This document shows, piece after piece, positions 32,988-32,988 of a stretch of DNA of 32,988 nucleotides. Origin of the DNA: a virus (Duplodnaviria > Caudoviricetes); the IMG/VR virus record IMGVR_UViG_3300016467_000102, positions 1 to 32,988 of that record; one strand, given 5' to 3'. Numbering within the stretch: position 1 is the stretch's first letter; every line of letters starts with the position of its first letter. The position numbers were made by a program, and so were the translations under genes. The notes under the pieces are model-generated. The model searched no databases. It was not told the DNA's origin and worked only from the letters and a program-made list of their open reading frames with translations.

Positions 32988-32988
32988 T

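Noticed and set aside
1-32988. Alternative genetic code or tRNA genes
   Set aside because: Standard-code ORFs tile the genome densely, and no cloverleaf was recognised in the few intergenic gaps.

Overview
The window looks like a complete, circularly permuted ~33 kb siphovirus-type phage genome of a Bacteroidota host. The host call rests on TAnnTTTG promoter boxes and A-rich leaders without Shine-Dalgarno sites. It has head genes (scaffold, capsid, portal, terminases, XkdF-like prohead protease), tail genes (tube, frameshifted chaperone, tape measure, tip, S74-chaperoned fibre), lysis genes (holin-like, GH24 endolysin, u-spanin) and a lambdoid-style replication block (SSB-like, initiator with iterons, DnaB, RusA). 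It also has a sigma-like factor, a glycosyltransferase, a methyltransferase and two HNH-AP2 endonucleases. No integrase, repressor, tRNA or CRISPR array was seen. The strongest candidate system is the prohead protease fused through an F-GGPGSG linker to a Zeta-toxin-like P-loop kinase. An unannotated 57-aa ORF converges on it across the circular junction, which suggests a capsid-delivered toxin with its own immunity gene. A second layer is RNA-based: two non-coding segments antisense to motifs repeated in the phage's own translation leaders, and two kissing-loop leader RNAs. The genome is strongly GATC-enriched except for a GATC-free tail-fibre module. All functional calls come from motif recognition by eye; no searches were run.
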